Assembly: GCA_963666735.1 (NCBI GenBank)
Contig: OY762926.1
Span: 2,400,001-2,464,000, forward strand
DNA: 64,000 bases
Direction: 5' to 3'
Origin: Gemmatimonadota bacterium
Lineage (GTDB): Bacteria; Gemmatimonadota; Gemmatimonadetes; Palauibacterales; Palauibacteraceae
Positions 48,007-58,475 of this stretch are shown piece by piece. The notes below the pieces were generated by a model that ran no database searches, had not been told where the DNA came from, and worked only from the letters and a program-made list of their open reading frames with translations. Position 1 is the first letter of the stretch, and each line of letters begins with the position of its first letter. The position numbers and the translations under genes are program-made.

Positions 48007-48543
48007 ATGACCTCGAGAGACGGCGGCGACGACTGGGGAGCGGAGGTATTCGAAGCGCTCCGAAGACTCGGGATCCGGCATGTCGCGACGGTGCCGGACG
48101 CCGGTCTCGGGAGGTTTCTCGAGCTGTGCGAGGCGGACCCCGGGATCCGGCTCATCACGCTCACGACGGAGGAGGAGGGGATCGCCCTCGCGTGCGGCAC
48201 GTGGCTCGGAGGCGAACTCGCGGCCGTGGCCATGCAGTCGAGCGGGGTCGGCAACATCGTGAACATGCTTGCACTCCCGAACGTGTGCCGGATTCCGTGT
48301 CTCCTCCTCGTGTCCATGCGCGGCGAAGCCGAGGAGCGGAACCCGTGGCAGGTCCCCGTGGGGCGCGCCGTGCCCGGTCTCCTCGCCGCCCTCGACGTGG
48401 ACGTGTTCCGTCCGGAGTCCGCCGCCGGGGTGGCGCCGGCGTTCGCGGAAGCCGCCGCGCGGGCGCGGGAGACGGGACGCCCCGCCGCCGTGCTCGTCAG
48501 CCAGCACATCATCGGAGCGAAGTCGTTCGTGGGCGGAGACTGA
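48007..48543 (+). CDS. comD: Sulfopyruvate/phosphonopyruvate decarboxylase alpha subunit
   Basis: VPD, TTEEEGIA, MQSSGVGN, MRGE..E.NPWQVP.G. Confidence 0.75.
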   Translation: MTSRDGGDDWGAEVFEALRRLGIRHVATVPDAGLGRFLELCEADPGIRLITLTTEEEGIALACGTWLGGELAAVAMQSSGVGNIVNMLALPNVCRIPCLLLVSMRGEAEERNPWQVPVGRAVPGLLAALDVDVFRPESAAGVAPAFAEAAARARETGRPAAVLVSQHIIGAKSFVGGD

Positions 48544-49178
48544 TGCGGGAGACGAGGCTGGACACGGGGCTGGACACGGGGCTGGACACGGGGCTGGACC
48601 GGCGCGCGCTCGTCGCCGGGATCCTGGACCGGCGCGGCAATGCGGCCGTGGTGGCGGGACTCGGTTCTCCGGCGTGGGACTGCCACGCGGCGGGCGACTC
48701 GCCGCTGAACTTCTACTTCTGGGGCGGAATGGGCGGGGCCGCGATGCTGGGGCTCGGCGTCGCCCTCGCGCAGCCGAACCGGCGAGTGCTTGTGGTCACC
48801 GGGGACGCGGAGATGCTGATGGGGGTGGGGAGCCTGGCCACGATCGCGGCCCAGGCCCCCTCCAACCTCGCCCTCCTGGTGCTCGACAACGAGGCCTTCG
48901 GCGAGACGGGGCGTCAGGCCGGGCTCACCGGGAAGAACACGGATATCGCCGCGGTCGCGCGCGGGGCCGGCATGGAAGTCGCCTTCACGGTCGGCGGCGA
49001 CGTCGAGGAGGGGCCTGCCAGGCTGGACGCCGGCGCGCTGGCGGGCACGCTGTTCGAGGAAGAAGGGCCGGTGCTGTGCGTCGCGAAGGTCGCTCTCGGC
49101 GCCGAACCGGGCTCATATCCGCCGCGGGACGGGGTCCTGCTCCGGGACCGTTTTCGGGCCGCGCTTGCCGGTGACTGA
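48543..49178 (+). CDS. comE: Sulfopyruvate/phosphonopyruvate decarboxylase beta (TPP-binding) subunit
   Basis: NFY.WGGMG, TPP motif GDAEMLM...LDNE; TGATG coupling. Confidence 0.75.
   Translation: MRETRLDTGLDTGLDTGLDRRALVAGILDRRGNAAVVAGLGSPAWDCHAAGDSPLNFYFWGGMGGAAMLGLGVALAQPNRRVLVVTGDAEMLMGVGSLATIAAQAPSNLALLVLDNEAFGETGRQAGLTGKNTDIAAVARGAGMEVAFTVGGDVEEGPARLDAGALAGTLFEEEGPVLCVAKVALGAEPGSYPPRDGVLLRDRFRAALAGD
48556..48599 (+). repeat. 12-bp tandem repeat GGCTGGACACGG x3.7 (LDTG)
   Basis: Read directly from sequence. Confidence 0.9.
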
Positions 49179-49193
49179 GCGCCGTGGCGCCGC

Positions 49194-50447
49194 TCAGGGC
49201 TTCAGGAGGCCGGAAGGGTCGTAGCCCGCACCCCGCACGATGCGCTCCACCGCCTCCCCGAGCTTCGAGTTCGGCGTGGAGGCGCCCGCCGTGATGCCGA
49301 TGCTGATGTTCCCGTCCGGCAGCCACGCGTCCTCCGTCACCGTTTCATCGGTTCCCAGCGGCTTGTGCGTGATGCGCCCCCGCACGGTATCGATGCAGGC
49401 GGCGTCCTCGATGTGATACGTCGTCGTGTACAGTCCGCAGAGGTACGCGAGCTGGTTCGTGTTCGACGAATTGTAGCCTCCGATCACGACCATGAGGTCC
49501 GGCGGGTCCTCCATCATTTCCTTCACGGCGTCCTGCCGCTTCTGCGTGGCCGAGCAGATCGTGTCGAAGCTGCGAAACCGGTCCGGCATCTCCTCGGAGC
49601 CCCAGCGATCCGCGATCGCCTCGCCGAGTTTCGCGGCGATGGCCAGCGACTCGGAAGCCAGCATCGTCGTCTGGTTGGCGACGCCGATCTTCTCCAGGTG
49701 GAGGTCGGGATCGAACCCGTCGGACACCGATTCCGCGAACAACTGCATGAAGGAAGCCCGCTCCCCTTCTCCGCGGATATACGAGCAGACGAGTTGGGCC
49801 TGCTCCATGTCGCGGACGATGAGGAACTTCCCGTCTTCGTGTTTCAGAACCTGCGAGCTTGTCGCCCGCGTCTCCTCGTGCCAGTGCTTGCCGTGGATGA
49901 TCGAAGCGAAACCATCGCGGGCGTAGCCCTCCACGCGTTTCCACACGTTGAGCACCGAGCCGCAGGTGGTGTCGACGAGAATGCAGTCGAGGGCCCGCAA
50001 CGCTTCGAAGTCGTGCAGCGTCACGCCGAAGGCCGGGATGATGACGACGTCGTCCACGGTGACGTCGCTGAAGTCGAACTCCCCCGCGTCGGAAGGATAG
50101 AGGAACTCGATCTCCATCTCCCGGAGCCGGCGGTTCACGTGCGGGTTGTGGATGATCTCGCCCACGAGCAGGATCCGCCGGTCCGGGAACTTGCGGCGCG
50201 ACTCGTACGCATAGTCCACCGCACGGTCCACGCCGTAGCAGAACCCGGAACTCTTCGCGAGGCGCAGGAGGATCCGCCCCGCCTTAAGCTCGAAGTCGCG
50301 CTCCCTGATGAGGGAGACGATCGCGCTCCCGTACTCGAAATCGATCACCGGCTGGATCTCCTTCTTCAGACCCAGCCCGCGCCGGAAATAACGTTCGTCC
50401 GCGGTCGACGCCTTGCGACCGCCCGATCTCAGCGTCTGTTTCATCAT
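49194..50447 (-). CDS. ispH: 4-hydroxy-3-methylbut-2-enyl diphosphate reductase
   Basis: GFCYGVDRA, IIHNP, DTTC, H.ET, NQTT, DTICSATQ.RQ, SSNT, TAGASTP. Confidence 0.95.
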   Translation of the reverse strand: MMKQTLRSGGRKASTADERYFRRGLGLKKEIQPVIDFEYGSAIVSLIRERDFELKAGRILLRLAKSSGFCYGVDRAVDYAYESRRKFPDRRILLVGEIIHNPHVNRRLREMEIEFLYPSDAGEFDFSDVTVDDVVIIPAFGVTLHDFEALRALDCILVDTTCGSVLNVWKRVEGYARDGFASIIHGKHWHEETRATSSQVLKHEDGKFLIVRDMEQAQLVCSYIRGEGERASFMQLFAESVSDGFDPDLHLEKIGVANQTTMLASESLAIAAKLGEAIADRWGSEEMPDRFRSFDTICSATQKRQDAVKEMMEDPPDLMVVIGGYNSSNTNQLAYLCGLYTTTYHIEDAACIDTVRGRITHKPLGTDETVTEDAWLPDGNISIGITAGASTPNSKLGEAVERIVRGAGYDPSGLLKP

Positions 50448-50667
50448 ACCCTGAAGGTGGCGAAATCCCGTGCGGCTGCCAAGCAAGCGCCGATCCTGCC
50501 GTCTTGACGCACACCGCCCGCATCGGCAGACCTCTACACGCGTCGTTGCGCCAAATCGACGGATGCGGGGGTCCGGCGACCCAAACCGGCGGGCCCGAAA
50601 CCTGCACCGGAAGACGCGACTCTCACAGGCGCGCACGTTTGCGCGAGGACATAGAAGCTACGCGAGT

Positions 50668-53409
50668 ATGAGCGAAGAAAACGGACGCAAGGATCAGGCT
50701 GAAGCGCCGCCAGCCCAAGACGGCGGGGTCCTGCTCGAGATGAGGGTGGCCGAGGTGGAGGGCGCCGAAGCAGCCGCCCCCGGCGAAGAGACGGAACCCG
50801 GGACCGGGACCGACTCCAAGCGCGTGCGGCTGCCGGTACTCCCCCTCCGCGGCACGGTCGTGTTCCCCGCCGTGGCGGCGCCGATTGCGGCGGGTCGGGA
50901 AAAGACGATGAAGGCCATCGACCGGGCGATCGCGGGGGAGAAGCTGCTCTTTGCGGTCGCCCAGCTCGATGCCGAGGTCGAGAGGCCGGATCCGGAGCAC
51001 CTGTACCGCATCGGGACCGTGTGCCGAATCGCGCAGATGCAGAAGGTGCCCGGCGGCATCCAGATGGTCATCCAGGGCGACACGCGCGCCGCCGCCCTCG
51101 AATACACCGAGCGCGACGGGTACCTGGAGGTCGTCGCGCGAGAGATGGAAGACATGGACCCGCTCGACCCCGAAGAGCGGGCCTTCGCGGCTCTCTACAA
51201 GGAGGTCCACGAGAGAGCGGCGGAGGTCAGCCGCCTGCGCGGCGTCCCGAAGGAAATCGTCGATCATCTCCTGGGCGGCGTGTCGACGCCCGGCGAACTG
51301 GCCGATCTCGTCGCCTTCTACACCGAACTCGAGGTCGAGCAGAAGCAGGAACTCCTTGAGACCCTCCCGGTCGAGGCGCGGCTGCGCTCGCTGCTCGTGC
51401 ACCTGCAGAAGCAGATCGGCCTGCTCGAGGCGCAGGAGGAAATCCGCGAGCAGGTGCAGGAGGAGTTGGGGGAGCGGCAGCGCGAGATCTTTCTGCGCGA
51501 GCAGATGAAGGCGATCCAGAAGGAGTTGGGCGAGGACATCGACTTCCAGGAGACGAACGATCTCCGCGAGCGCATCGCGGCGCTCGAGTTGCCCCAGGAG
51601 GCGCGCCAGGAAGTCGACCGCGAGCTTCGGCGCCTCGAGCGCATCCCGCGCGAGTCCGCGGAGGCTCAGGTCGTGCGAACGTATCTGGAAATCGTCGCGG
51701 ACCTCCCCTGGTCGGAGACGACCGAGGAACAGCTGGACATCGCGCGCGCCGAAGAGATTCTGGAACGGGACCACTACGGACTTCGCGACGTGAAGGACCG
51801 GGTCCTCGATTTCCTCGCGGTCCGCAAGCTCCAGGAAGAGACGAGGTTGCGCGAGGCGCGCGAATCGGGAGGCGGCGACGCGCAGGCGGACGGCGGCGCC
51901 AACGAATCGGAGGCGGACGGCAGCTGCGGCGACGCGGAGGCGGAGGACGACGGCGCGGAGGCCGAGGCGCCGGGGGACGGCGACGCGCCGAGCGAGGCGG
52001 ATGCCACGGCCGACGACGGGGAAGAATCCGACGAGGCGGAGCCCGAGCCGGTACCGGGATACGAGGACGACCGCGCGGGGGAGACGCTGCTCTTCGTCGG
52101 GCCGCCGGGCGTGGGCAAGACGTCCATCGCCCGTTCCATCGCCGACGCCATGGGCCGCAAGTACGTCCGCGTGTCGCTGGGCGGTGCGCGCGACGAGGCG
52201 GATATCCGCGGACATCGACGCACCTATGTGGGCGCGATGGCGGGCCGCATCATCGAGGGACTGAAACGGGCCGGAACGAAGAATCCCGTATTTCTCCTGG
52301 ACGAGATCGACAAGCTGGGGGTGTCGTTCCAGGGCGATCCTTCGGCAGCGCTCATGGAGGTGCTGGATCCGGCGCAGAACGAGGCGTTCGTGGACCACTA
52401 CCTCGGGGTGCCCTTCGATCTCTCGCAGGTGCTCTTCATCGCCACGGCGAACGTCTTCGAGCAGATCCCCGGACCCCTGCGCGACCGGATGGAGGCGATC
52501 GAGTTCCGCGGCTACACGGAAGCCGAGAAGCTCGAGATCGCGCGCCGGTTCCTCCTGCCCCGGCAGAAGCGGCGGAACGGCCTGCTTCCGGAGCACCTCG
52601 AGGTCGAGGAGGGGGCGATCCGCGCGATCATCACGCGCTACACCCGCGAGGCCGGCGTGCGGCAGCTCGAACGCGAACTCGGTTCCGTGTGCCGAAAGTT
52701 CGCGCGGAAGATTGCGACAGGATCCCCGGAGGCCGCGGTGGGCGCGGACGACCTGCGTGAGCTGCTGGGCCGGCCGAAGGTGCATGCGGCCGAAAAGATG
52801 GAGGCGGACACGGTCGGCGTGGCGACGGGCATGTTCTACACGCCCGTGGGCGGCGACATCATGCTCGTCGAGACGAGGGTCCTGAAGGGCAAGGAGGGGC
52901 TCGTCCTCACGGGGCAACTCGGCGACGTCATGAAGGAGAGCGCGCAGGCCGCCCTCACCTTCGCGCGCAGCCACGCGAACGGGCTCGATCTCACGGAGGA
53001 GCGGCTACGGGATCACGAGATCCACATTCACGTCCCGGCCGGCGCCATCCCCAAGGAAGGGCCGTCGGCGGGCATCGCCATGGCGGTGGCGCTGGTGAGT
53101 GCCCTGGGCGACCACCCCGTGCGGCACGATGTCGCCATGACGGGCGAGATCACCCTGTCGGGACGCGTGCTCCCCATCGGCGGCGTGAAGGAGAAGGTGC
53201 TCGGGGCCGCCCGCGCCGGGATCGGCGAGATCATTCTCCCGGCGGTCAACGAGGGGGACCTCGAGGATCTCCCGGATCACGTGTGCGAGCAGCTCGAATT
53301 CCACCTGGTGGAGACCCTCGACCAGGCGCTCGCGGCGGCGCTGGCCAACGGCTCGATCGAGGGAGGGACGCTCGCCTTCTCGGAGAACGGGACGGACGCC
53401 GGGGACTGA
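50668..53409 (+). CDS. lon: ATP-dependent Lon protease
   Basis: LPVLPLR, DHYGL, GPPGVGKTS, IRGHRRTY, LLDEIDK, PKEGPSAG, IGGVKEK. Confidence 0.97.
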   Translation: MSEENGRKDQAEAPPAQDGGVLLEMRVAEVEGAEAAAPGEETEPGTGTDSKRVRLPVLPLRGTVVFPAVAAPIAAGREKTMKAIDRAIAGEKLLFAVAQLDAEVERPDPEHLYRIGTVCRIAQMQKVPGGIQMVIQGDTRAAALEYTERDGYLEVVAREMEDMDPLDPEERAFAALYKEVHERAAEVSRLRGVPKEIVDHLLGGVSTPGELADLVAFYTELEVEQKQELLETLPVEARLRSLLVHLQKQIGLLEAQEEIREQVQEELGERQREIFLREQMKAIQKELGEDIDFQETNDLRERIAALELPQEARQEVDRELRRLERIPRESAEAQVVRTYLEIVADLPWSETTEEQLDIARAEEILERDHYGLRDVKDRVLDFLAVRKLQEETRLREARESGGGDAQADGGANESEADGSCGDAEAEDDGAEAEAPGDGDAPSEADATADDGEESDEAEPEPVPGYEDDRAGETLLFVGPPGVGKTSIARSIADAMGRKYVRVSLGGARDEADIRGHRRTYVGAMAGRIIEGLKRAGTKNPVFLLDEIDKLGVSFQGDPSAALMEVLDPAQNEAFVDHYLGVPFDLSQVLFIATANVFEQIPGPLRDRMEAIEFRGYTEAEKLEIARRFLLPRQKRRNGLLPEHLEVEEGAIRAIITRYTREAGVRQLERELGSVCRKFARKIATGSPEAAVGADDLRELLGRPKVHAAEKMEADTVGVATGMFYTPVGGDIMLVETRVLKGKEGLVLTGQLGDVMKESAQAALTFARSHANGLDLTEERLRDHEIHIHVPAGAIPKEGPSAGIAMAVALVSALGDHPVRHDVAMTGEITLSGRVLPIGGVKEKVLGAARAGIGEIILPAVNEGDLEDLPDHVCEQLEFHLVETLDQALAAALANGSIEGGTLAFSENGTDAGD

Positions 53410-53422
53410 GGCGCGCGATCCG

Positions 53423-54106
53423 TCAGGCAGGCGGCCGCGACGGGTCGGGCGCCGCGACGTAGCGGAGGAGATCCTCGAGCGCGTCGAGCATGATGTGGGG
53501 ACGCTCGATGACCAGTTCCCGCTCCGAAAACGGGCCCCACAGGGCGGCGATCGTCGTCACGCCGGCCGCGTGTCCCGCCCGCATGTCCCACACCGAGTCG
53601 CCCACGTAGGCGGCGGTCTCGGCGGCGGCCTCCAGGCGTTCGAGCGCGAGGCGGACGGGGGCCGGGTCGGGCTTGTGCGGCACGGGCTCATCGGACGTGA
53701 CGATCACGTCGAAGAGCGCTTCGTCCAGCCCGCACGCCGCCAGGCTTCGGGCCGTTCCGGCACTCGCCTTGCTCGTGACGACGCCGACCCGCACCCCTTT
53801 CCCGCGGAGTCGCTCGAGCGTCTCGGCGACGTGCGGAAATGAGCGGATGAGCCGTTCGTGTTCCCGGAAGTTGTGGTCGATGTAGGTGTCGACCATGGCC
53901 TGGACTTCCTCGGCCGTGTCCACGAGGTAGCCGAGTTGGGTCCGCAGCGGCTGGCCCAGCGTCCGCAGCCACACCTCGTCGGGAGGGGGGTCCTCGAAAT
54001 GCGCCCTCATCGTATGCCGCCAGGACTCGGCGATGAGATGGGTCGAGTCCACGAGCGTGCCATCGAGGTCGAACAGGATCGTTTGCAACGGGCGGCGGGG
54101 CGACAT
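53423..54106 (-). CDS. HAD-superfamily hydrolase (PpaX-like)
   Basis: FDLDGTLVDS, VTSK, HKPDP, YVGDS..D. Confidence 0.9.
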   Translation of the reverse strand: MSPRRPLQTILFDLDGTLVDSTHLIAESWRHTMRAHFEDPPPDEVWLRTLGQPLRTQLGYLVDTAEEVQAMVDTYIDHNFREHERLIRSFPHVAETLERLRGKGVRVGVVTSKASAGTARSLAACGLDEALFDVIVTSDEPVPHKPDPAPVRLALERLEAAAETAAYVGDSVWDMRAGHAAGVTTIAALWGPFSERELVIERPHIMLDALEDLLRYVAAPDPSRPPA

Positions 54107-54197
54107 GGGGAGCGAGGGTGCCGGCCCGCGGGCGCAGCGTCAACCCCCGCTGTCTCCGGTAGTGGCGTCAACCTCCACTCTCGCCGATAATCGGGCC

Positions 54198-55364
54198 ATG
54201 AACGAGAAGAAGACGATACCCGGCGACGAGGATCTCGCGACGGCCGCACCGCGCGCGGACCGGGCGGGAAAGATCCGGAAGATCGCGATCAACACCGGCG
54301 GAGGCGACGCGCCGGGGCTGAACGCGGTGATCCGGGCCATCGTGTTGAGCGCCCTCCACCGCGGCTGGAGCGTGGTGGGCGTCGAGAACGGCTACGGGGG
54401 GCTGCTGCCGGATGATCCGGGGCGGGTGATTCCGCTGGGGAGCGATGAAGTGCGGGGGATCACACACCGCGGCGGGACGATCCTGGGGACGACCAACAGC
54501 TTCGACCCGTTCGCGTGGCCGGTACGCCTGCCGGACGGTTCGATCGAGGAGCGCGACCGGTCCGGCGAGGTTATCGAGGGCCTTCGGCGGCATGGCATCG
54601 ACGCGTTGATCGCGATCGGCGGCGACGGCAGTCTCGATCTCGCGCACCGGCTGTCGAAGCGGGGGCTCCCGGTGGTGGGCGTGCCGAAGACGATCGACAA
54701 CGACCTCTGCGGAACGAGTCTCACGTTCGGGTTTCTCACGGCGGTCGCGACGGCGACCGACGCGATCGGGAAGCTCCACTCCACGGCGGAGAGCCACCGC
54801 CGCGTCATGGTGGTGGAGGTCATGGGACGGCACGCCGGCTGGATCGCGCTCTACAGCGGGCTGGCAGGCTCGGCCGATGTCATCCTCATCCCCGAGATTC
54901 CCTTCGATATCGAGAGAGTGTGCGACAAGATTCGGGACCGTGAGGCGGCGGGGCGCGACTTCAGCATCGTCTGCGTGGCGGAGGGCGCAACGCCCGCCGG
55001 GGGCGAGCTGGTGATGAAGACCGTCCACGGCGGCGCGGACGACCAGGAGCGTCTGGGCGGGCTGGGCGAGGTGGTGGCGCGCGAAATCGCCCGGCGCACG
55101 GGGAAGGAGACGCGATCGCTGACGCTGGGTCACCTGCAGCGCGGCGGTACGCCGAACTCCTACGACCGCGTCATCTCGCTGCGCTTCGGCGCCGCCGCCG
55201 TGCGTTGCGTGGCCCGCGGCCGCTTCGGGACGATGGTCGCGCTCGATCCGCCGCACGTCCGGGCGATCCCGCTCGCCGAGGCGCTCGCCAATCTCAAGGT
55301 GGTGCCGGTGGACGGCGACATTGTGATGACCGCCCAGGCGCTCGGGGTCAGCCTCGGCGACTGA
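54198..55364 (+). CDS. pfkA: 6-phosphofructokinase
   Basis: TGGGDAPGLN, GGTILGT, GGDGS, PKTIDND, EVMGRHAGW, LGHLQRGG. Confidence 0.95.
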   Translation: MNEKKTIPGDEDLATAAPRADRAGKIRKIAINTGGGDAPGLNAVIRAIVLSALHRGWSVVGVENGYGGLLPDDPGRVIPLGSDEVRGITHRGGTILGTTNSFDPFAWPVRLPDGSIEERDRSGEVIEGLRRHGIDALIAIGGDGSLDLAHRLSKRGLPVVGVPKTIDNDLCGTSLTFGFLTAVATATDAIGKLHSTAESHRRVMVVEVMGRHAGWIALYSGLAGSADVILIPEIPFDIERVCDKIRDREAAGRDFSIVCVAEGATPAGGELVMKTVHGGADDQERLGGLGEVVAREIARRTGKETRSLTLGHLQRGGTPNSYDRVISLRFGAAAVRCVARGRFGTMVALDPPHVRAIPLAEALANLKVVPVDGDIVMTAQALGVSLGD

Positions 55365-55397
55365 CCCCGCGCCCGGGTCGCGCGCGATTCGGCGTGG

Positions 55398-56009
55398 TCA
55401 GCCGGTGGCGGCGGCGTAGCGGGCGGCCACGGCGGCCCAGTCCACGACGTCCCAGAACGCGGCGAGGTAGTCGGCCCGGCGGTTCTGGTAGTTCAGGTAG
55501 TACGCGTGCTCCCACACGTCCACGCCCAGGAGCGGCGTGTCTCCCTGCATGAGCGGGCTGTCCTGGTTCGCGGTGGAGTACACGGACAGATCTCCGCCGC
55601 CGCCAGCGACGAGCCACGCCCAGCCGCTGCCGAAGCGGGTGAGTCCGGCCTGCTGGAACGCCGCCTTGAAGTCGTCGAAGGAGCCGCAGGCGCCGTCGAT
55701 GGCGGCCGCGAGATCGCCCGATGGACTCCCGCCCCCGTTCGGAGACATCGAAGTCCAGAACATCGAGTGGTTCGCGTGTCCGCCGCCATGGTTCCGCACC
55801 GCGCCGCGGATCGACTCGGGCACGTCGGCGATGCCGCGCAGGAGAGCCTCCAGCGAGAGACCCGCAAGGGCGTCGTGACCCTCGAGCGCGCCGTTCAGCA
55901 TGTTCACGTATACCTGGTGATGCTTGCCGTGGTGAATCTCCATCGTGCGCGCGTCGATCGTCGGTTCGAGCGCATCGTGGGCGTACGGCAGGTCGGGCAA
56001 GGCGTGCAT
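55398..56009 (-). CDS. sodA: Superoxide dismutase, Mn-type signature
   Basis: [44 protein letters not shown]. Confidence 0.93.
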   Translation of the reverse strand: MHALPDLPYAHDALEPTIDARTMEIHHGKHHQVYVNMLNGALEGHDALAGLSLEALLRGIADVPESIRGAVRNHGGGHANHSMFWTSMSPNGGGSPSGDLAAAIDGACGSFDDFKAAFQQAGLTRFGSGWAWLVAGGGGDLSVYSTANQDSPLMQGDTPLLGVDVWEHAYYLNYQNRRADYLAAFWDVVDWAAVAARYAAATG

Positions 56010-56225
56010 CCTACCTCCTCGGAATCAAGAGCCCCCGGTCGGGGGGTCTTCGTGGCGAATGTCGGTTTCCTGAACGGTTCGCCAAGGTATGCGCGGGGTG
56101 GGGACCGGGACCAGCCGCCGCCACCTCCCGTGACCCGCTTCCCGCCTGCCTCGTCTTTCTCCTGTCCAATCGAATGATCCGTGTGAAGCATGACGGGAAG
56201 CCTGAGGGGAAGCACGAGGCGGAGC

Positions 56226-57371
56226 ATGAGGGGAAGGATCGCAGTGACGGGAAGATGTCGTGCGCTGGTGGCGGGGCTGCTCTTGCTGGCGGCCGCGGGT
56301 TGCGCGGAAGAACGGGGCATCGTCGGACCGCCGCTGCCCGATCCTCCCTTCGATCCCGAGTTGGCGGCGAACTCCATCTACTCGCTCCGCTTCGCCGCGG
56401 ACAACGCGGTCGTGGCGCAGGTGCGGACAATCGCCGAGGTGCTCGGGCTGGCCGCACCCCGGGCGAATCGGGTCGCCCACTCGCAGCTTCGCGGCTCATC
56501 CGACCGGGTCGATCTCCTCCGCGCCCTCGAGCCGCGTTCGCTCGAACGCGCGGTGGCGAACGTCGCCGCGAGCCGGGCACAGGGCGCGAAGATCCCGCTC
56601 TTCCCCATCAACGTCCTCGGCAAGGAGTTCATCTTCGATGCGTCCATCGACGCGTATGTCGAATACGGCGAGGGCGGTCCGGAAAACGGCGTCCGGTTCG
56701 AGTTGTATGCGGTCGACCTTTCCTCCGGGCTCCCCGCGCTTCCGCTGCGGCCGTACGGGTTCGTGGATCTCACCGACGAGAGCGACGCGGTGTCCGCGCG
56801 GCTGGCGGTGCGGGCCTTCGACGGGAGCGGCGGCGGCGCCCGGCGCGTGGCCGACTACCTGCTGGACGGCGCCTTCGCATCCGACGCGAACGGGGTATCG
56901 GTGAGCCTGCTCGCCGAGGGCTTCGTGGAGGACCACAACGGACGCTTCGACTTCGAACTCGACGAGTTGCTGGAGTCGGATGACGCGGCCCGCATGACGC
57001 GGGTCACGTCGACGCACCGCGTGCTCTCTGCCGAGGGAACCGAGGTCCGATTGCGGGTCGGCGGCAATCTGTCGGCTGATGGATCCTTCGCCGATCTCCT
57101 CTTCCGGATGGACATCGATGGCTCGGCGGGGCTGACGCTCGTCGACCTCGCCGTCGTGAACGGGGCGCAGGAGGGAGAGATCCGCCAGGCGGGACGCGTG
57201 GAGGCACTGGTGGAGGGCACCGTTGAGGCGCCGGTCTTCATCGATGCCGCCGGACGGGGATTCAACGACTCCGAACTCGTGGCCCTCGACGAGATCCTGT
57301 TCGGTATCGACGACGTTCTCGCGTTCGCCGGCGAGGCCTACGTCCCGCTCGCCGACCTCTTCGCCTACTGA
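56226..57371 (+). CDS. Hypothetical lipoprotein
   Basis: Lipobox AAGC; host-like codon usage; start 56190 or 56226. Confidence 0.7.
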   Translation: MRGRIAVTGRCRALVAGLLLLAAAGCAEERGIVGPPLPDPPFDPELAANSIYSLRFAADNAVVAQVRTIAEVLGLAAPRANRVAHSQLRGSSDRVDLLRALEPRSLERAVANVAASRAQGAKIPLFPINVLGKEFIFDASIDAYVEYGEGGPENGVRFELYAVDLSSGLPALPLRPYGFVDLTDESDAVSARLAVRAFDGSGGGARRVADYLLDGAFASDANGVSVSLLAEGFVEDHNGRFDFELDELLESDDAARMTRVTSTHRVLSAEGTEVRLRVGGNLSADGSFADLLFRMDIDGSAGLTLVDLAVVNGAQEGEIRQAGRVEALVEGTVEAPVFIDAAGRGFNDSELVALDEILFGIDDVLAFAGEAYVPLADLFAY

Positions 57372-57416
57372 GCCCCGCCTACCGAGCCCGGGGAGCGACC
57401 GCGTGGCCACAGTTCT

Positions 57417-58412
57417 TCAGGCGGCGGCGATCTCGTTGAGGGCGCGACGGACGAGGACGGGGATCATGGCCCGGCGCCATTCCGGGTCGACCGTGATGTT
57501 GGAGAGCGGGTGACACTGGCGGAACGCCTGCTCGGCGACGGCTTCGATCACGCTCGGGCCGAGGCGGTTGCCCAGAGCGGCGTCCTCGACCTTCCCCACG
57601 TGGCGGGGATAGGCGCCCATCGCTGACACGACGAGGCGAAAGTCGGACACCCGGCCGTCGTCTTCGCGCCCGACCCGCACCGCGAGGTTGGCCAGCGGGA
57701 AGTCGATCGCCGCGCGGGACCGGAGTTTCTGGAACGCGACCTGCGTACCCGGCGGCGGCCGCGGAATCCGGATCGCGACGACGAGTTCGCTGCTCCCGAT
57801 GGACCGGTTCCAGATCCCGTCGGATGTGAAAAACTGCCGTATCGGCACGTCGCGGGTCCGATCCCCGTCCGCCCCGTCCGCGACCTCGAGGACCGCATCG
57901 AGCACGGCGAGCACGGGAGGCGTATCCGCCGAGTGCGCCGCGACGCAGCGGGTGCCGCCCTTCACGACGTGGCAGACATCGCCGTCCTTCTTCAGGCAGT
58001 AGCCGAGCGCCTTCCGCCAGAACTTCGTCTGGTTGTAGTACGCGCACCGCGTGTCCAGACAGACGTTGCCGCCGATGGTGCCGACGCGCCGCAGCTGCGG
58101 CCCCGACACGAGTTCGGCGGCCCGGGCCAGACCGGGGACCTGCGCGAGGACTTCCGGGTGGGTCGCGACCGAAGTCAGCGTCTCGGCCGCCCCGATGCGG
58201 ATCTCGTCCCCTGTGGAAGCGATCCCGCGCATCTCCCGTACCCGGCCGAGGGCGACGAGGTGGCCGGGCGTGAACAGCCCGTGCTTCATGTTGGGGACGA
58301 GGTCGGTTCCGCCGGCGATGGGCATCGCGTCGTCGCCGTGGGTGGCGAGCAACGACAGCGCCTCGTCGAGCGCGCGCGGCATGTGGTATTCGTACGGATG
58401 AAGCCTGAGCAT
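57417..58412 (-). CDS. FAD-binding subunit of xanthine-dehydrogenase family with Fe-S insertion (HcrB-like)
   Basis: IAGGTDL, PQLR..GTIGGN, C.YYNQ..FWR.ALGYCLKKDGDVC...C.A. Confidence 0.88.
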   Translation of the reverse strand: MLRLHPYEYHMPRALDEALSLLATHGDDAMPIAGGTDLVPNMKHGLFTPGHLVALGRVREMRGIASTGDEIRIGAAETLTSVATHPEVLAQVPGLARAAELVSGPQLRRVGTIGGNVCLDTRCAYYNQTKFWRKALGYCLKKDGDVCHVVKGGTRCVAAHSADTPPVLAVLDAVLEVADGADGDRTRDVPIRQFFTSDGIWNRSIGSSELVVAIRIPRPPPGTQVAFQKLRSRAAIDFPLANLAVRVGREDDGRVSDFRLVVSAMGAYPRHVGKVEDAALGNRLGPSVIEAVAEQAFRQCHPLSNITVDPEWRRAMIPVLVRRALNEIAAA

Positions 58413-58475
58413 GTCCGGCAACCTATCCTGTGGGCCGGATTGCGCTCAAACTCGAACCCCGAAACCGGAGGAGAG

